Positions 17,346-25,820 of a stretch of DNA of 64,000 nt are shown piece by piece (within the stretch, counting starts at the first letter, position 1; the number at the start of each line of letters is the position of its first letter). The translations under genes were made by a program, and so were the position numbers. Origin of the DNA: a virus; the IMG/VR virus record IMGVR_UViG_3300038679_000131, positions 1 through 64,000 of that record. The stretch is one strand, 5' to 3'. The notes below the pieces were generated by a model. It saw nothing but the letters and a program-made list of their open reading frames with translations, was not told the DNA's origin and searched no databases.

Positions 17346-19543
17346 ATAGCAATCCTGCTTCCGTTTTCCTCTTTAACAATTGTAATTACTTGATCAAATC
17401 TATCTTGAAAATATCCTTCATGATCGACACAAAGTAAAGTTTTATTCTCTGCAATTTTCTTAAAGACCTGAAAATTTGTGTCTTTGCCAATATCGTCTAA
17501 GGCATTATTAGGTTCATCAAAAACTACAATGTTAAAATCTTTTCCACATTTCTCCTTAATAACTTCAGCTAAGGCTAAACTGACCGCCATCTTGACCTTT
17601 TGACGTTCACCGCCACTATAAGCCTCAAAAGAAGATTTCTTCCCCTTTGTATTTATTACTTCAATATAAATTTCATCTTTCTTACCGCCACCCTTTAAAT
17701 CTTTTTCACCAGTAATTGAAATTGTCAGTTCTGTGCTATACTCAGAAAGTTGGTCTTGAGAGAGTTCTTCAAGTCGGATGATGAAGGAATCAAACATCAT
17801 CATCCTCAATCTTTTATAGCCATCAATCCAATAAGAAAGATAATTTCCTTTTTCTTTTTTAATATCTACTTCTTCCTGCATAGCATCAATTTCTTGCTGG
17901 ACTTCTTTTATTTGTTGGTCATTTTTTAATTTCAAACCAATATAAATATTCTCAAGCTGTCTTGTAGACTCAATTTGAGATTCTAAAGCGGCCACGAGCT
18001 TCTCACCTGTGTCTGAAGCGATTTTAATCTGTAGTGATTGCTGCTCAAGTTCTAAAGCATGAAGCTGTTCTTTAAAATTTTGAATCAGGTCATTGAGATG
18101 GTTGAGATGGTCAGTCTCAATTTTATATTTTTCATCTCTTAAAAGGTTTATTTCAGTGTTCGTATTCTCAATGTAATTAAGTTCAAGTTTTTGTCTTTCC
18201 CTTCTTTTTACTTCCAATTCTCTTTCATATTTTTTCAAAAGAGAATAAAGGTCTTGAAAACCTTTTAGAGTTATAGCAGAGGATTCTTTCTTTTTATTTA
18301 ACTCAAATCTTTTTGTCTCTAAAACAAGAAGGTCAGATTCCATATCAGTTAAACGGTCTTGTAAATGCTCAGTAGAAACTGCTTGTTTGCAAGTAGGACA
18401 AATCCCTATTCCAAGAGTTTGAAATTTATGTATTTCAAGACTTAATTTTTCAATGTCTCGGACAAGGACTGCAATTTCACTATTTATTTCAGTATCATAT
18501 TTTATTTGGCTGTGAAGCTGTTCTTCTACATTTGGAAGATTTTCAAGCTCTTTGACTAATTCTAAAGTTCTATCTCCAAGTTCTTTAGGAGAAATGTATG
18601 TTTGTCCTTTTTTGGCTTCCAAATAAATTATTTTATTTGACAATTTAATTAGTTCTGGTTTATCTATTGGCAAAGTCTTTTTATGTTCCAGTTCTGTTAT
18701 TCTTTCATTACATTCCTCAATTTTTAAACTATTTACAAATAATTCCTCTTTAGATTTTTTCTTTTCATCTTCATATTTAGTCTTTTCATCCCTCTGTTGT
18801 TTTCTCAAACCAATAATTCTCTGCTGTCTATCAGTTTCAAATTGTTCTATCTTCTCTTGATAATCCGTGACTTTCAAGCGTTCTAAGCTCTGTAGCCGTG
18901 TTATAATATCATGCTCAAGCAAATTGACTCTGTTGTTAATTAAATTTAATTTTTTACTGGACAATTTAGCAGCTTCAAGATAAATATCTAAATCAGCCAC
19001 TTCACTAAGAATTTCTGCACGTTGAGGAGGTTTTAGGTCTGGAAAGGCAACAAAATCTTGATGGAACATTACAGCACAAGACCAGGAAGTAAAAGAAAAA
19101 CCAAGTAAATGCTCAAGCCAAGCTTGTTTTGTCTTATTATCAGCTTGTGGAAGAACCTCTCCAGACCTTTCAACACCAACCATATGATAAATATCTAAAG
19201 TTGTTGCCTTTCCTATTTTTCTTTCCCTTTTAATCTCATAACATTCTTGTCCTACTTGTATTTCAGCAAAAATTTTGCATTCATCAGAATCCCAATTAAT
19301 TACTTCATCAGCATACTTCAAAGCCCTACCAGTAGTTCCAAAAAACACAAAGTTCAAAGCTTCAATTAGGGAGGATTTACCTGATCCATTTGACAAAGAT
19401 TTGACATCAACATGGTTCTCTCCAACAATTAAGACAGGAGCGTTCCCAAACTTCTCAAAATCCTGAATGAATGTATCTTTGAAAGTGAGAAAACCTTTAC
19501 CTGATATGGATTTAACTATGATTTGCATATCATATTTCCTCAC
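17342..19543 (-). CDS. sbcC: SbcC/Rad50/gp46-like SMC ATPase
   Basis: Walker A NGSGKSS, CPTC zinc hook, YSGGE signature, FDEP. Confidence 0.92.
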   Translation of the reverse strand: MRKYDMQIIVKSISGKGFLTFKDTFIQDFEKFGNAPVLIVGENHVDVKSLSNGSGKSSLIEALNFVFFGTTGRALKYADEVINWDSDECKIFAEIQVGQECYEIKRERKIGKATTLDIYHMVGVERSGEVLPQADNKTKQAWLEHLLGFSFTSWSCAVMFHQDFVAFPDLKPPQRAEILSEVADLDIYLEAAKLSSKKLNLINNRVNLLEHDIITRLQSLERLKVTDYQEKIEQFETDRQQRIIGLRKQQRDEKTKYEDEKKKSKEELFVNSLKIEECNERITELEHKKTLPIDKPELIKLSNKIIYLEAKKGQTYISPKELGDRTLELVKELENLPNVEEQLHSQIKYDTEINSEIAVLVRDIEKLSLEIHKFQTLGIGICPTCKQAVSTEHLQDRLTDMESDLLVLETKRFELNKKKESSAITLKGFQDLYSLLKKYERELEVKRRERQKLELNYIENTNTEINLLRDEKYKIETDHLNHLNDLIQNFKEQLHALELEQQSLQIKIASDTGEKLVAALESQIESTRQLENIYIGLKLKNDQQIKEVQQEIDAMQEEVDIKKEKGNYLSYWIDGYKRLRMMMFDSFIIRLEELSQDQLSEYSTELTISITGEKDLKGGGKKDEIYIEVINTKGKKSSFEAYSGGERQKVKMAVSLALAEVIKEKCGKDFNIVVFDEPNNALDDIGKDTNFQVFKKIAENKTLLCVDHEGYFQDRFDQVITIVKEENGSRIAI

Positions 19544-19727
19544 AACATTTTAAACAGAATTGATAACCATCGGAAGTTCTTCCATAAAGTGAGCCATCTT
19601 TTATAGAATAATTGCATTTACGACAATAATAACCATTATAATAACGAGAAGATAAAGCTTTGCAAATAGTTACTTTACGTGGCTTTAAATTAACAATAGC
19701 TTTATCACCTTTTTCAAATGTTTTCAT
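19530..19727 (-). CDS. Small Cys-rich protein
   Basis: CxxC pairs; RBS GGAGG. Confidence 0.5.
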   Translation of the reverse strand: MKTFEKGDKAIVNLKPRKVTICKALSSRYYNGYYCRKCNYSIKDGSLYGRTSDGYQFCLKCCEEI

Positions 19728-20800
19728 GTCTGTACCTCCTTTATCAAATCAAGTCCAACTTCAAGTAATCTTTTCTTATCAAGACCTGTTTCGGATTGTT
19801 GTAAAAATTCAGATAAGACAGCTTGATGGTCACTTTTAGCCACATCAATCCTAGTTTTCTTCTCAGTTCGATACTTTACGGCAGAAACAACAAACTTAGG
19901 ATTCCAACTTTCCAATATCTTTTTACACTCTTCCACCTGTTCTTTCTTTTCTTTTAAGACTTCTCCAATCATACGAACATAGTTCCCTTCAATATCCTTT
20001 TGTTCTATGTCATTAATTGTACTGACATCAACACTTATAAATTTAGGATATTTTAATTCAACAGGTGTAAGAATATCTCCTTCAGTTTTGTAAAGATAAA
20101 CAAACTTATCTTGTCCTTCTTCTCCAAAGTCCACTTGGTATGGAGAACCAAGATACTGAATTGGTCCTACTTTTTGTGGTAAATGAATGTCCCCTGCTAA
20201 ATAACGCACATTTTTAATTGTTGGTAAATCAAATTCTCCTTCAGCTTTACGATTATTAGCAAATTTAGAACCAGGAACCGTGTTATGGAATAGAAAAAGT
20301 TTAGTAGGTTCACTATGACCTTCAATCAAAAAATGAAGTCTTTTCCACTCCTCTACAAATTGATTCCATTTTCTAAAGTAAGGAAGGAAAGCGATACCAT
20401 TGGAAGTAGAAGTTTTACTAAAATCTACCCAAGGATTACTAATAAAATCAATCTTTCCTTCTCTTTCAAGTAATCTAATTGGAGCATATTCATCTTCCGC
20501 AAAATCATGATTTCCTCGAAGTATTGTTAAAGGACAAGGGTATTTTGCCACTGCCTCAGCAAAGAGAATCATAATTCTTGCGGGAATCCGATCCTTAAGC
20601 TCGAACACATCTCCTAAAAGAAAAATTCTTTTTACTTGGTATTTTCTTCCTAATTCTCCTACTTGATTGACAATATCAATTCCTTCAAGTAGACGAGAAT
20701 TTAATCCTGACTTAGTAGGAACATTTAAATCCTTTCTTTCTCCCAATTGCAAATCTGCAAAAAATAAAAAATCGTAGGTTTTTTCTCTAATCTTTCCCAT
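19724..20800 (-). CDS. sbcD: SbcD/Mre11/gp47-like nuclease
   Basis: 'ADLQ', 'GDVFE', 'GNHD', 'GDIH', 'GSPYQ..FGE'. Confidence 0.9.
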   Translation of the reverse strand: MGKIREKTYDFLFFADLQLGERKDLNVPTKSGLNSRLLEGIDIVNQVGELGRKYQVKRIFLLGDVFELKDRIPARIMILFAEAVAKYPCPLTILRGNHDFAEDEYAPIRLLEREGKIDFISNPWVDFSKTSTSNGIAFLPYFRKWNQFVEEWKRLHFLIEGHSEPTKLFLFHNTVPGSKFANNRKAEGEFDLPTIKNVRYLAGDIHLPQKVGPIQYLGSPYQVDFGEEGQDKFVYLYKTEGDILTPVELKYPKFISVDVSTINDIEQKDIEGNYVRMIGEVLKEKKEQVEECKKILESWNPKFVVSAVKYRTEKKTRIDVAKSDHQAVLSEFLQQSETGLDKKRLLEVGLDLIKEVQT

Positions 20801-21362
20801 TTATCCTCCATTTTAAGTCTACTAAATCTGCTTGAATTATTTCAAAGAAGACTTTACCATCTATAACTACAGTAGGGGAAATTCTTTCTTCTTTTATTGC
20901 ACTTGGTCTGTCAAGTACAATCATCCATTCTGTGTCTGGATAGAGGTTAGCTTGGCATTGTTTAATTGCAGCTGGAAGATTCCATTGATTTCCACTTTTG
21001 CACTCAAGAGTAAAAGGAAAAAGTTTTCTGGCATTAGTGGACATCCTAACATCTGGACCTGATTGCCCCATTTCTCGGCTAGCTATTTCCTCATCTTTTC
21101 CCCATGGTAAATCAGTAAAAACACTTATCATTTTACAAGCCCATTGCTGAAGATTTCTACCTTTCCCTTTTGCACTTGATCTAGTAATAGTCTTTTTAAA
21201 TAGACTATTAAGAAGCTTTTCTTTCTTCTTTTGCGTTTCTGGAATAGGTAATCCTCTAAGTTTAGAAATCAAAGACCATTGTTCTTCAGTCATAGAATTA
21301 ACTAAAAATGTGACAATATCACCTTTTCTGAGCTTATCTTGTTTCTTTTTTAATCTTGCCAT
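20787..21362 (-). CDS. Holliday-junction-resolvase-like PD-(D/E)xK nuclease
   Basis: 'SSAKGKGRNLQ', 'MGQSGPDV', 'LECK'; start chosen at MARLKK, 1 nt after the recA stop. Confidence 0.7.
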   Translation of the reverse strand: MARLKKKQDKLRKGDIVTFLVNSMTEEQWSLISKLRGLPIPETQKKKEKLLNSLFKKTITRSSAKGKGRNLQQWACKMISVFTDLPWGKDEEIASREMGQSGPDVRMSTNARKLFPFTLECKSGNQWNLPAAIKQCQANLYPDTEWMIVLDRPSAIKEERISPTVVIDGKVFFEIIQADLVDLKWRINGKD

Positions 21363-21363
21363 A

Positions 21364-22449
21364 TCAGAACCGTACCTTTGGTGAACGAATTTGATCAAAC
21401 TTTGCTTCAATTTCCATCCACAAATCAATTGTTTGTTTTCTTAAATCAGCTTGTAGATTGTTTTCCTCAATATATTGAATAGCTTTTTTCATGGAAGAAT
21501 AATCTTTCGTTATGCAATCATATTGGGTGTTCCCCTTTATATCTTTTATCCATTGCAGATTTGCTCTAACATCGTCGATACCATATCCGAATATGATATA
21601 AAGAGGAACTTCACGATAAGGATCATCACAAGTATTTTTAATGCAATAAGCATAAGGGTGTATTCCTATTACTTTTTGAGCTTTTCCTTTATCAAGTTTC
21701 ACTTCATCTTCAATTTTAAATGTTCCTCCTTTTCCATAAGGGGGAGGCCCAATTCTGATTCTTAAAGAAGCATAAAATGGGAATGCTTCTCCTCCAGGGA
21801 CTATTTCTTTAGGCTTCCCTTGAGGAGTTGAACCTTGCCTAATTTGATTTGTACAAACAAGTAAACGCCTTTCTTGAGCAAGGTTAAGAGCATTTTTACG
21901 AAGGCTCTCTGACATTTTCTTTGCCTTCATCTGTCCTCTTTTATCTTCATCTTCCATTTCAACTTCAGTAGAAAGGGCAGCAAGAGAATCAACTGCCATT
22001 ACATCAATTTCACCTGAACCTTCTTCTTCTACCCATTCTTCAACTCGTTCAAATACCTCCTCAACTGTCTTTGACCTTCGATATTTTCCTTTGGCTGAAA
22101 GGTCAAGACCATTTGTCAAACGAGCATATTCTTTATCAAGACGCCCTTCTGGATCATTAAATTCGGCAAGACCTCCTTTAGCTTCAGCAGAGGAACAGAT
22201 TTCTACTACAAGCAAGGTTTTTCCATGTGCTGAAGGACCAAAGATTTCAACAACAATTCCTCCAGGTATCCCTCCTCCATATATTCGATTGCCAGAAATA
22301 GCACAATCAAGAAGGGTTGAACCTGTGCTTACTACTTTGTCAAATCTGATTGACTTGGCAATGGTTTTATTAAATTCAATGTCAGGATTAGTAGCAATTT
22401 TAGCTACTTCTTTAGCAAGTTCTTTTGGTTCACGGTTTAGTCTTCCCAT
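21364..22449 (-). CDS. recA: RecA/UvsX recombinase
   Basis: 'STGS..LD', 'GGIPGG', 'EIFGPSAHGKT', 'VDSLAAL', 'NQIR', 'PGGEA'. Confidence 0.93.
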   Translation of the reverse strand: MGRLNREPKELAKEVAKIATNPDIEFNKTIAKSIRFDKVVSTGSTLLDCAISGNRIYGGGIPGGIVVEIFGPSAHGKTLLVVEICSSAEAKGGLAEFNDPEGRLDKEYARLTNGLDLSAKGKYRRSKTVEEVFERVEEWVEEEGSGEIDVMAVDSLAALSTEVEMEDEDKRGQMKAKKMSESLRKNALNLAQERRLLVCTNQIRQGSTPQGKPKEIVPGGEAFPFYASLRIRIGPPPYGKGGTFKIEDEVKLDKGKAQKVIGIHPYAYCIKNTCDDPYREVPLYIIFGYGIDDVRANLQWIKDIKGNTQYDCITKDYSSMKKAIQYIEENNLQADLRKQTIDLWMEIEAKFDQIRSPKVRF

Positions 22450-22623
22450 GTTGATTGGCACCTTTTTAGTTTTTTATAAAAGGTTATTGTGGAAAAAATA
22501 GTAATAACATCAAGTACTATCCAGACAAGATATAATCCTAAAGATTTGTTTACTGCTAAAAGAAAGAAAAGAATAAGGAGTATTCCGGCAAGAAAACCAA
22601 GCCCGAAAATCTGAGTAAGATTC

Positions 22624-22899
22624 TTAATCATCATTATCCTCATCATCATGGTTATATCGAGACTTCTTTCCGTCCCTTTGCTTTTCAACTTTTCCTTTGT
22701 AATTGGATTTTTCATCATAAATTCTACCGCTTTTCTCAACTTTACCTCTGTAGTGATAGTCAGAATCATAAATTCTCCCGTTCTCTACAAAACCAACCCA
22801 ACGAGAATTTTCATCATAGATTTTTGCTTTCTTACCTGCAAAAACAGGAGCAGCAAAAAGAGAAATGACAATAACAGCAATTACAATTTTCTTTTTCAT
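22624..22899 (-). CDS. Exported small beta-repeat protein
   Basis: Signal peptide ending in VFA; three 'IYD...G.VE' repeats. Confidence 0.65.
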   Translation of the reverse strand: MKKKIVIAVIVISLFAAPVFAGKKAKIYDENSRWVGFVENGRIYDSDYHYRGKVEKSGRIYDEKSNYKGKVEKQRDGKKSRYNHDDEDNDD

Positions 22900-22913
22900 A
22901 GGTTACCTCCTTT

Positions 22914-23774
22914 TTATAGTAATCCAAAAGCTTTACGCCATTCATTATATTTATCTTTTTGTAAGAAAGACCTGAATCCATAATGGAAACAAACATTCTC
23001 AAACTGAAAAATGTTCAGTTTGTCTCCGCCATTGATATTAATTTCTTGTGTCCTATGATAAGGCAAAATAATTAAGTTTAGGTTGTCCTCTTTTAATTGT
23101 TTGTTTGCCCAGATAGCGGATAATTTGCTCTGGGGAATTTTCTCCTTCTTGATAAATCTCAAAGCAGTTTTAATTCCTACTCCTTCAACTCCAAGAATAT
23201 TGTCACTTCTGTCACCTGCAATAGCCTTAACTTCAGGCCATTGATTAGGAAAAATACCATATTCATTAACAAAATCTAACTCAGTTAAGATTTTCTTTTT
23301 GTCTATCTGATAGATTCCTCTAATTTTGTGTAGTAATTGCCAGAGGTCATTGTCAGCAGATACAATGTAACTATCTGACATATCAAGATTTTTAGCTATC
23401 CAAGCAATTAAATCATCAGCTTCCAATCCTTCTTGCATAAAAACATTATGAAAACCAATTGTAGGTAAGATTTCCATTCTGATTTCATCAAATTGGGCGA
23501 AAGCCAATTCATAGCTCTCTTTTTCTTCTGGTGTTATCTCTCTTTTTTCTTGTCTACCTGCTTTGTAAATAGCACTATCTTTTTTACGAAATGATTGTTT
23601 ACTATCCCAACAAAAAATAAAATCTTTTACTTTGAGTTTAGTGGCAATATGCAGAATAGAATTAAAAAAACCAAAAATCACTCCTGTTTTCATTTCCTCA
23701 TAACTCAAATCAGAGAGGCGATGAAAGGAGCGATGGCAAAGATAATTGCAGTCTATGATAGCATATCTTGGCAA
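22914..23774 (-). CDS. 5'-3' exonuclease / RNase H (FEN-like)
   Basis: 'IIDCN', 'EADD', 'SADNDL.Q', 'GDRSDNI.GV.GVG.KTA'. Confidence 0.92.
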   Translation of the reverse strand: MPRYAIIDCNYLCHRSFHRLSDLSYEEMKTGVIFGFFNSILHIATKLKVKDFIFCWDSKQSFRKKDSAIYKAGRQEKREITPEEKESYELAFAQFDEIRMEILPTIGFHNVFMQEGLEADDLIAWIAKNLDMSDSYIVSADNDLWQLLHKIRGIYQIDKKKILTELDFVNEYGIFPNQWPEVKAIAGDRSDNILGVEGVGIKTALRFIKKEKIPQSKLSAIWANKQLKEDNLNLIILPYHRTQEININGGDKLNIFQFENVCFHYGFRSFLQKDKYNEWRKAFGLL

Positions 23775-23793
23775 TTAATCCTCCTTTGGAAGT

Positions 23794-23880
23794 ATGTGCT
23801 TTGGGAAATATAGAAGGTCATTTAAAGCCTTCGCTTTTCACCTTGTGATTACTGTTCCAAGTCAGTATCCCAAAGCACAT
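23794..23880 (-). ncRNA. Putative four-way-junction RNA element
   Basis: 13-bp perfect closing stem enclosing three hairpins. Confidence 0.45.
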
Positions 23881-23885
23881 TTGAT

Positions 23886-25019
23886 TTACCTTTTCAATCT
23901 TCCCGTTCCCCCACCTTCAGCAGCCCTAGCAGCTTTCTTTTCTGCTAAGCGACGGGAATGTTCTTCAGAACAAGGATCCCAAATTTTACATTCAGCACAA
24001 GCCCCCAGTTTCTCAAGGTCTACTCCAAATACTCCGCCTTCAAAAGGACAGACAAGAACATCATCACCTTCTTCTTCATCGACTACATTTTTAGCTTCAG
24101 CCTGTTTTTCTTCTTTATCAGATTCAGGCTCTTTCTTTTCTTCTTTCTTTTCTTCTTTCTTTTCTTCTTTCTTTTCTTCTTTGGGGGCTTGAGAAGGCGT
24201 AGGTGCAACGGAGCGTCCCCGCCTCCGAGCACCATCAGAAGGGATGTCTTCTTCTGATTCTTTTTCTACAACTTCAAGACCAGATTCAAGGGCTGTTTTT
24301 ACTTCTTCATAGGTCGGGATATGAATGATTTCATCAAGTACAAATGCTGCATTGATGGTTTCATCATCCAAATCATAATCCCTATCAAGGAATTTAAAGC
24401 CCTTGTAAGAAGTATTCCTCCGAGTTCCTTCCCGAGTAAAAGCGATGCTCTTTCCGTCTTTATCGGGAGAAGCAAAGTAAATCTTCTCTCCAGTTTCAGC
24501 ACCGCCACGTTGACGTGGACGAGACAATGCCAAAAGCTCAGGTTCCATATAATAGTGTGCAATATCAAACACCTGCACACCTTTGGCCTGTTCTTTTTCA
24601 TTGTCATAGACAAGAACATTGTAAAGAGACCGACGAGTAGGATTCCACTTTTTGATTTCATCATCTGATGCGTCTGTGTCTTTCAATCTTGCCTGAAACT
24701 CACAGACAGGACAGCTTTTACCATAAGTACGAGCCATACAAATAAAAGAATCTTCGTTTACTCCAATTCCACGATGTACCCAAAGAATACAGGTATAAGT
24801 GAAATCGCCAGGAGCGATTTTCTTGTCAGGGTCATTGTTCCCAGCAGCATAAGGAACAATGTCAAATTCATGGTCACCTTCTCCTGGCTTCCACAACTTG
24901 AGACCTTCAATATTCTCTTTAAAGATAGTACGGAATTTCCCCCTATCATCTTTAGTTTGTTCTGAGGTCTCTTGCTTTTTTGCCAAAGAACTTTTCATTG
25001 CACTACGGTCTAAAGCCAC
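23886..25019 (-). CDS. gp32-like single-stranded DNA-binding protein
   Basis: 'WKPGEG..FDIVPY', 'C..TYGKSCPVCE', 'YNV', acidic tail; context next to UvsY-like gene. Confidence 0.7.
   Translation of the reverse strand: MALDRSAMKSSLAKKQETSEQTKDDRGKFRTIFKENIEGLKLWKPGEGDHEFDIVPYAAGNNDPDKKIAPGDFTYTCILWVHRGIGVNEDSFICMARTYGKSCPVCEFQARLKDTDASDDEIKKWNPTRRSLYNVLVYDNEKEQAKGVQVFDIAHYYMEPELLALSRPRQRGGAETGEKIYFASPDKDGKSIAFTREGTRRNTSYKGFKFLDRDYDLDDETINAAFVLDEIIHIPTYEEVKTALESGLEVVEKESEEDIPSDGARRRGRSVAPTPSQAPKEEKKEEKKEEKKEEKKEPESDKEEKQAEAKNVVDEEEGDDVLVCPFEGGVFGVDLEKLGACAECKIWDPCSEEHSRRLAEKKAARAAEGGGTGRLKR
24134..24182 (-). repeat. 12-nt tandem repeat (KEEK x4) in SSB
   Basis: TTTTCTTCTTTC units on the + strand. 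Confidence 0.8.
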
Positions 25020-25020
25020 T

Positions 25021-25515
25021 TTATTCCCCTCCTGTTAATTTTTTAAGTCTTGCGTTGTCGGCAAGACCTTCTTCTTGGAATCTTTTTGCTTCAGAGGTTG
25101 CTGCTTTTTCTGGGTCAGAATAATACTGACCTAACTGAAGATGAACAAGGTTAGTTAATTGTCTTTTACGGTCATCAAAAGCCTCTTTAGCTGCTTTAAG
25201 AATCTGAAGGTTTTTATCAGCTTCAAGAAGCAAATCTTCAGCTTCAAGAATTTCATGATGGGTGTCCATCACAGCTTGAATAGCCCCTTCAGTTACCCCC
25301 CTAGCTCCAGCTACAGCGCCATAAAGCTCAGGGTCTTGTCTGACTCTTTGCTGTACTTGGGCTGAAACAACTTTTAGATTTTGCTTTGCTTTATCTCTTT
25401 TAAAGATAGCTTCAGCATAAGCTTCAGACCAAGACATAAAACGACGTGGTTGATCAACACATTCCTCTTCAAGTCGGAATCTGTCAATCACCAGGTCTTG
25501 ATAATACTCACTCAT
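25021..25515 (-). CDS. UvsY-like recombination mediator
   Basis: 'DL.ID...L.EE...QP', helical; adjacent to SSB. Confidence 0.55.
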   Translation of the reverse strand: MSEYYQDLVIDRFRLEEECVDQPRRFMSWSEAYAEAIFKRDKAKQNLKVVSAQVQQRVRQDPELYGAVAGARGVTEGAIQAVMDTHHEILEAEDLLLEADKNLQILKAAKEAFDDRKRQLTNLVHLQLGQYYSDPEKAATSEAKRFQEEGLADNARLKKLTGGE

Positions 25516-25758
25516 TTATTTTTCTCCTTCTGCAACTTTCTGAGCAAGATGTAACGAAGCAACAGCAAAATGGTTGAGAACTTTTGCCAAAGATAAATCA
25601 CTCGGGTAATTTACTTTAATTAACTCTGCCTTTTCATTAAAAATAATTTCAAACTGATAATTTGTGTCATCTTCAGGTTTGAAAACTTTTACTTTTTTTG
25701 ATATAGGACTAACAGGTGAAGTTGGAATAATATCAGGCATTTTGTTCTCCTTTATCAA
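25516..25758 (-). CDS. Hypothetical protein
   Basis: First ORF after the promoter; likely start at MPDII (RBS AGGAG). Confidence 0.5.
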   Translation of the reverse strand: MIKENKMPDIIPTSPVSPISKKVKVFKPEDDTNYQFEIIFNEKAELIKVNYPSDLSLAKVLNHFAVASLHLAQKVAEGEK

Positions 25759-25780
25759 GTTAAAATTGTTTCTCTACAGC

Positions 25781-25807
25781 ATTATACGATAGAGAAGTAA
25801 TTTTAGA
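25781..25807 (-). promoter_or_regulatory. Phage-specific promoter copy 1
   Basis: TCTAAAA-N11-TCGTATAAT. Confidence 0.75.
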
Positions 25808-25820
25808 TAAGAAAAATATA

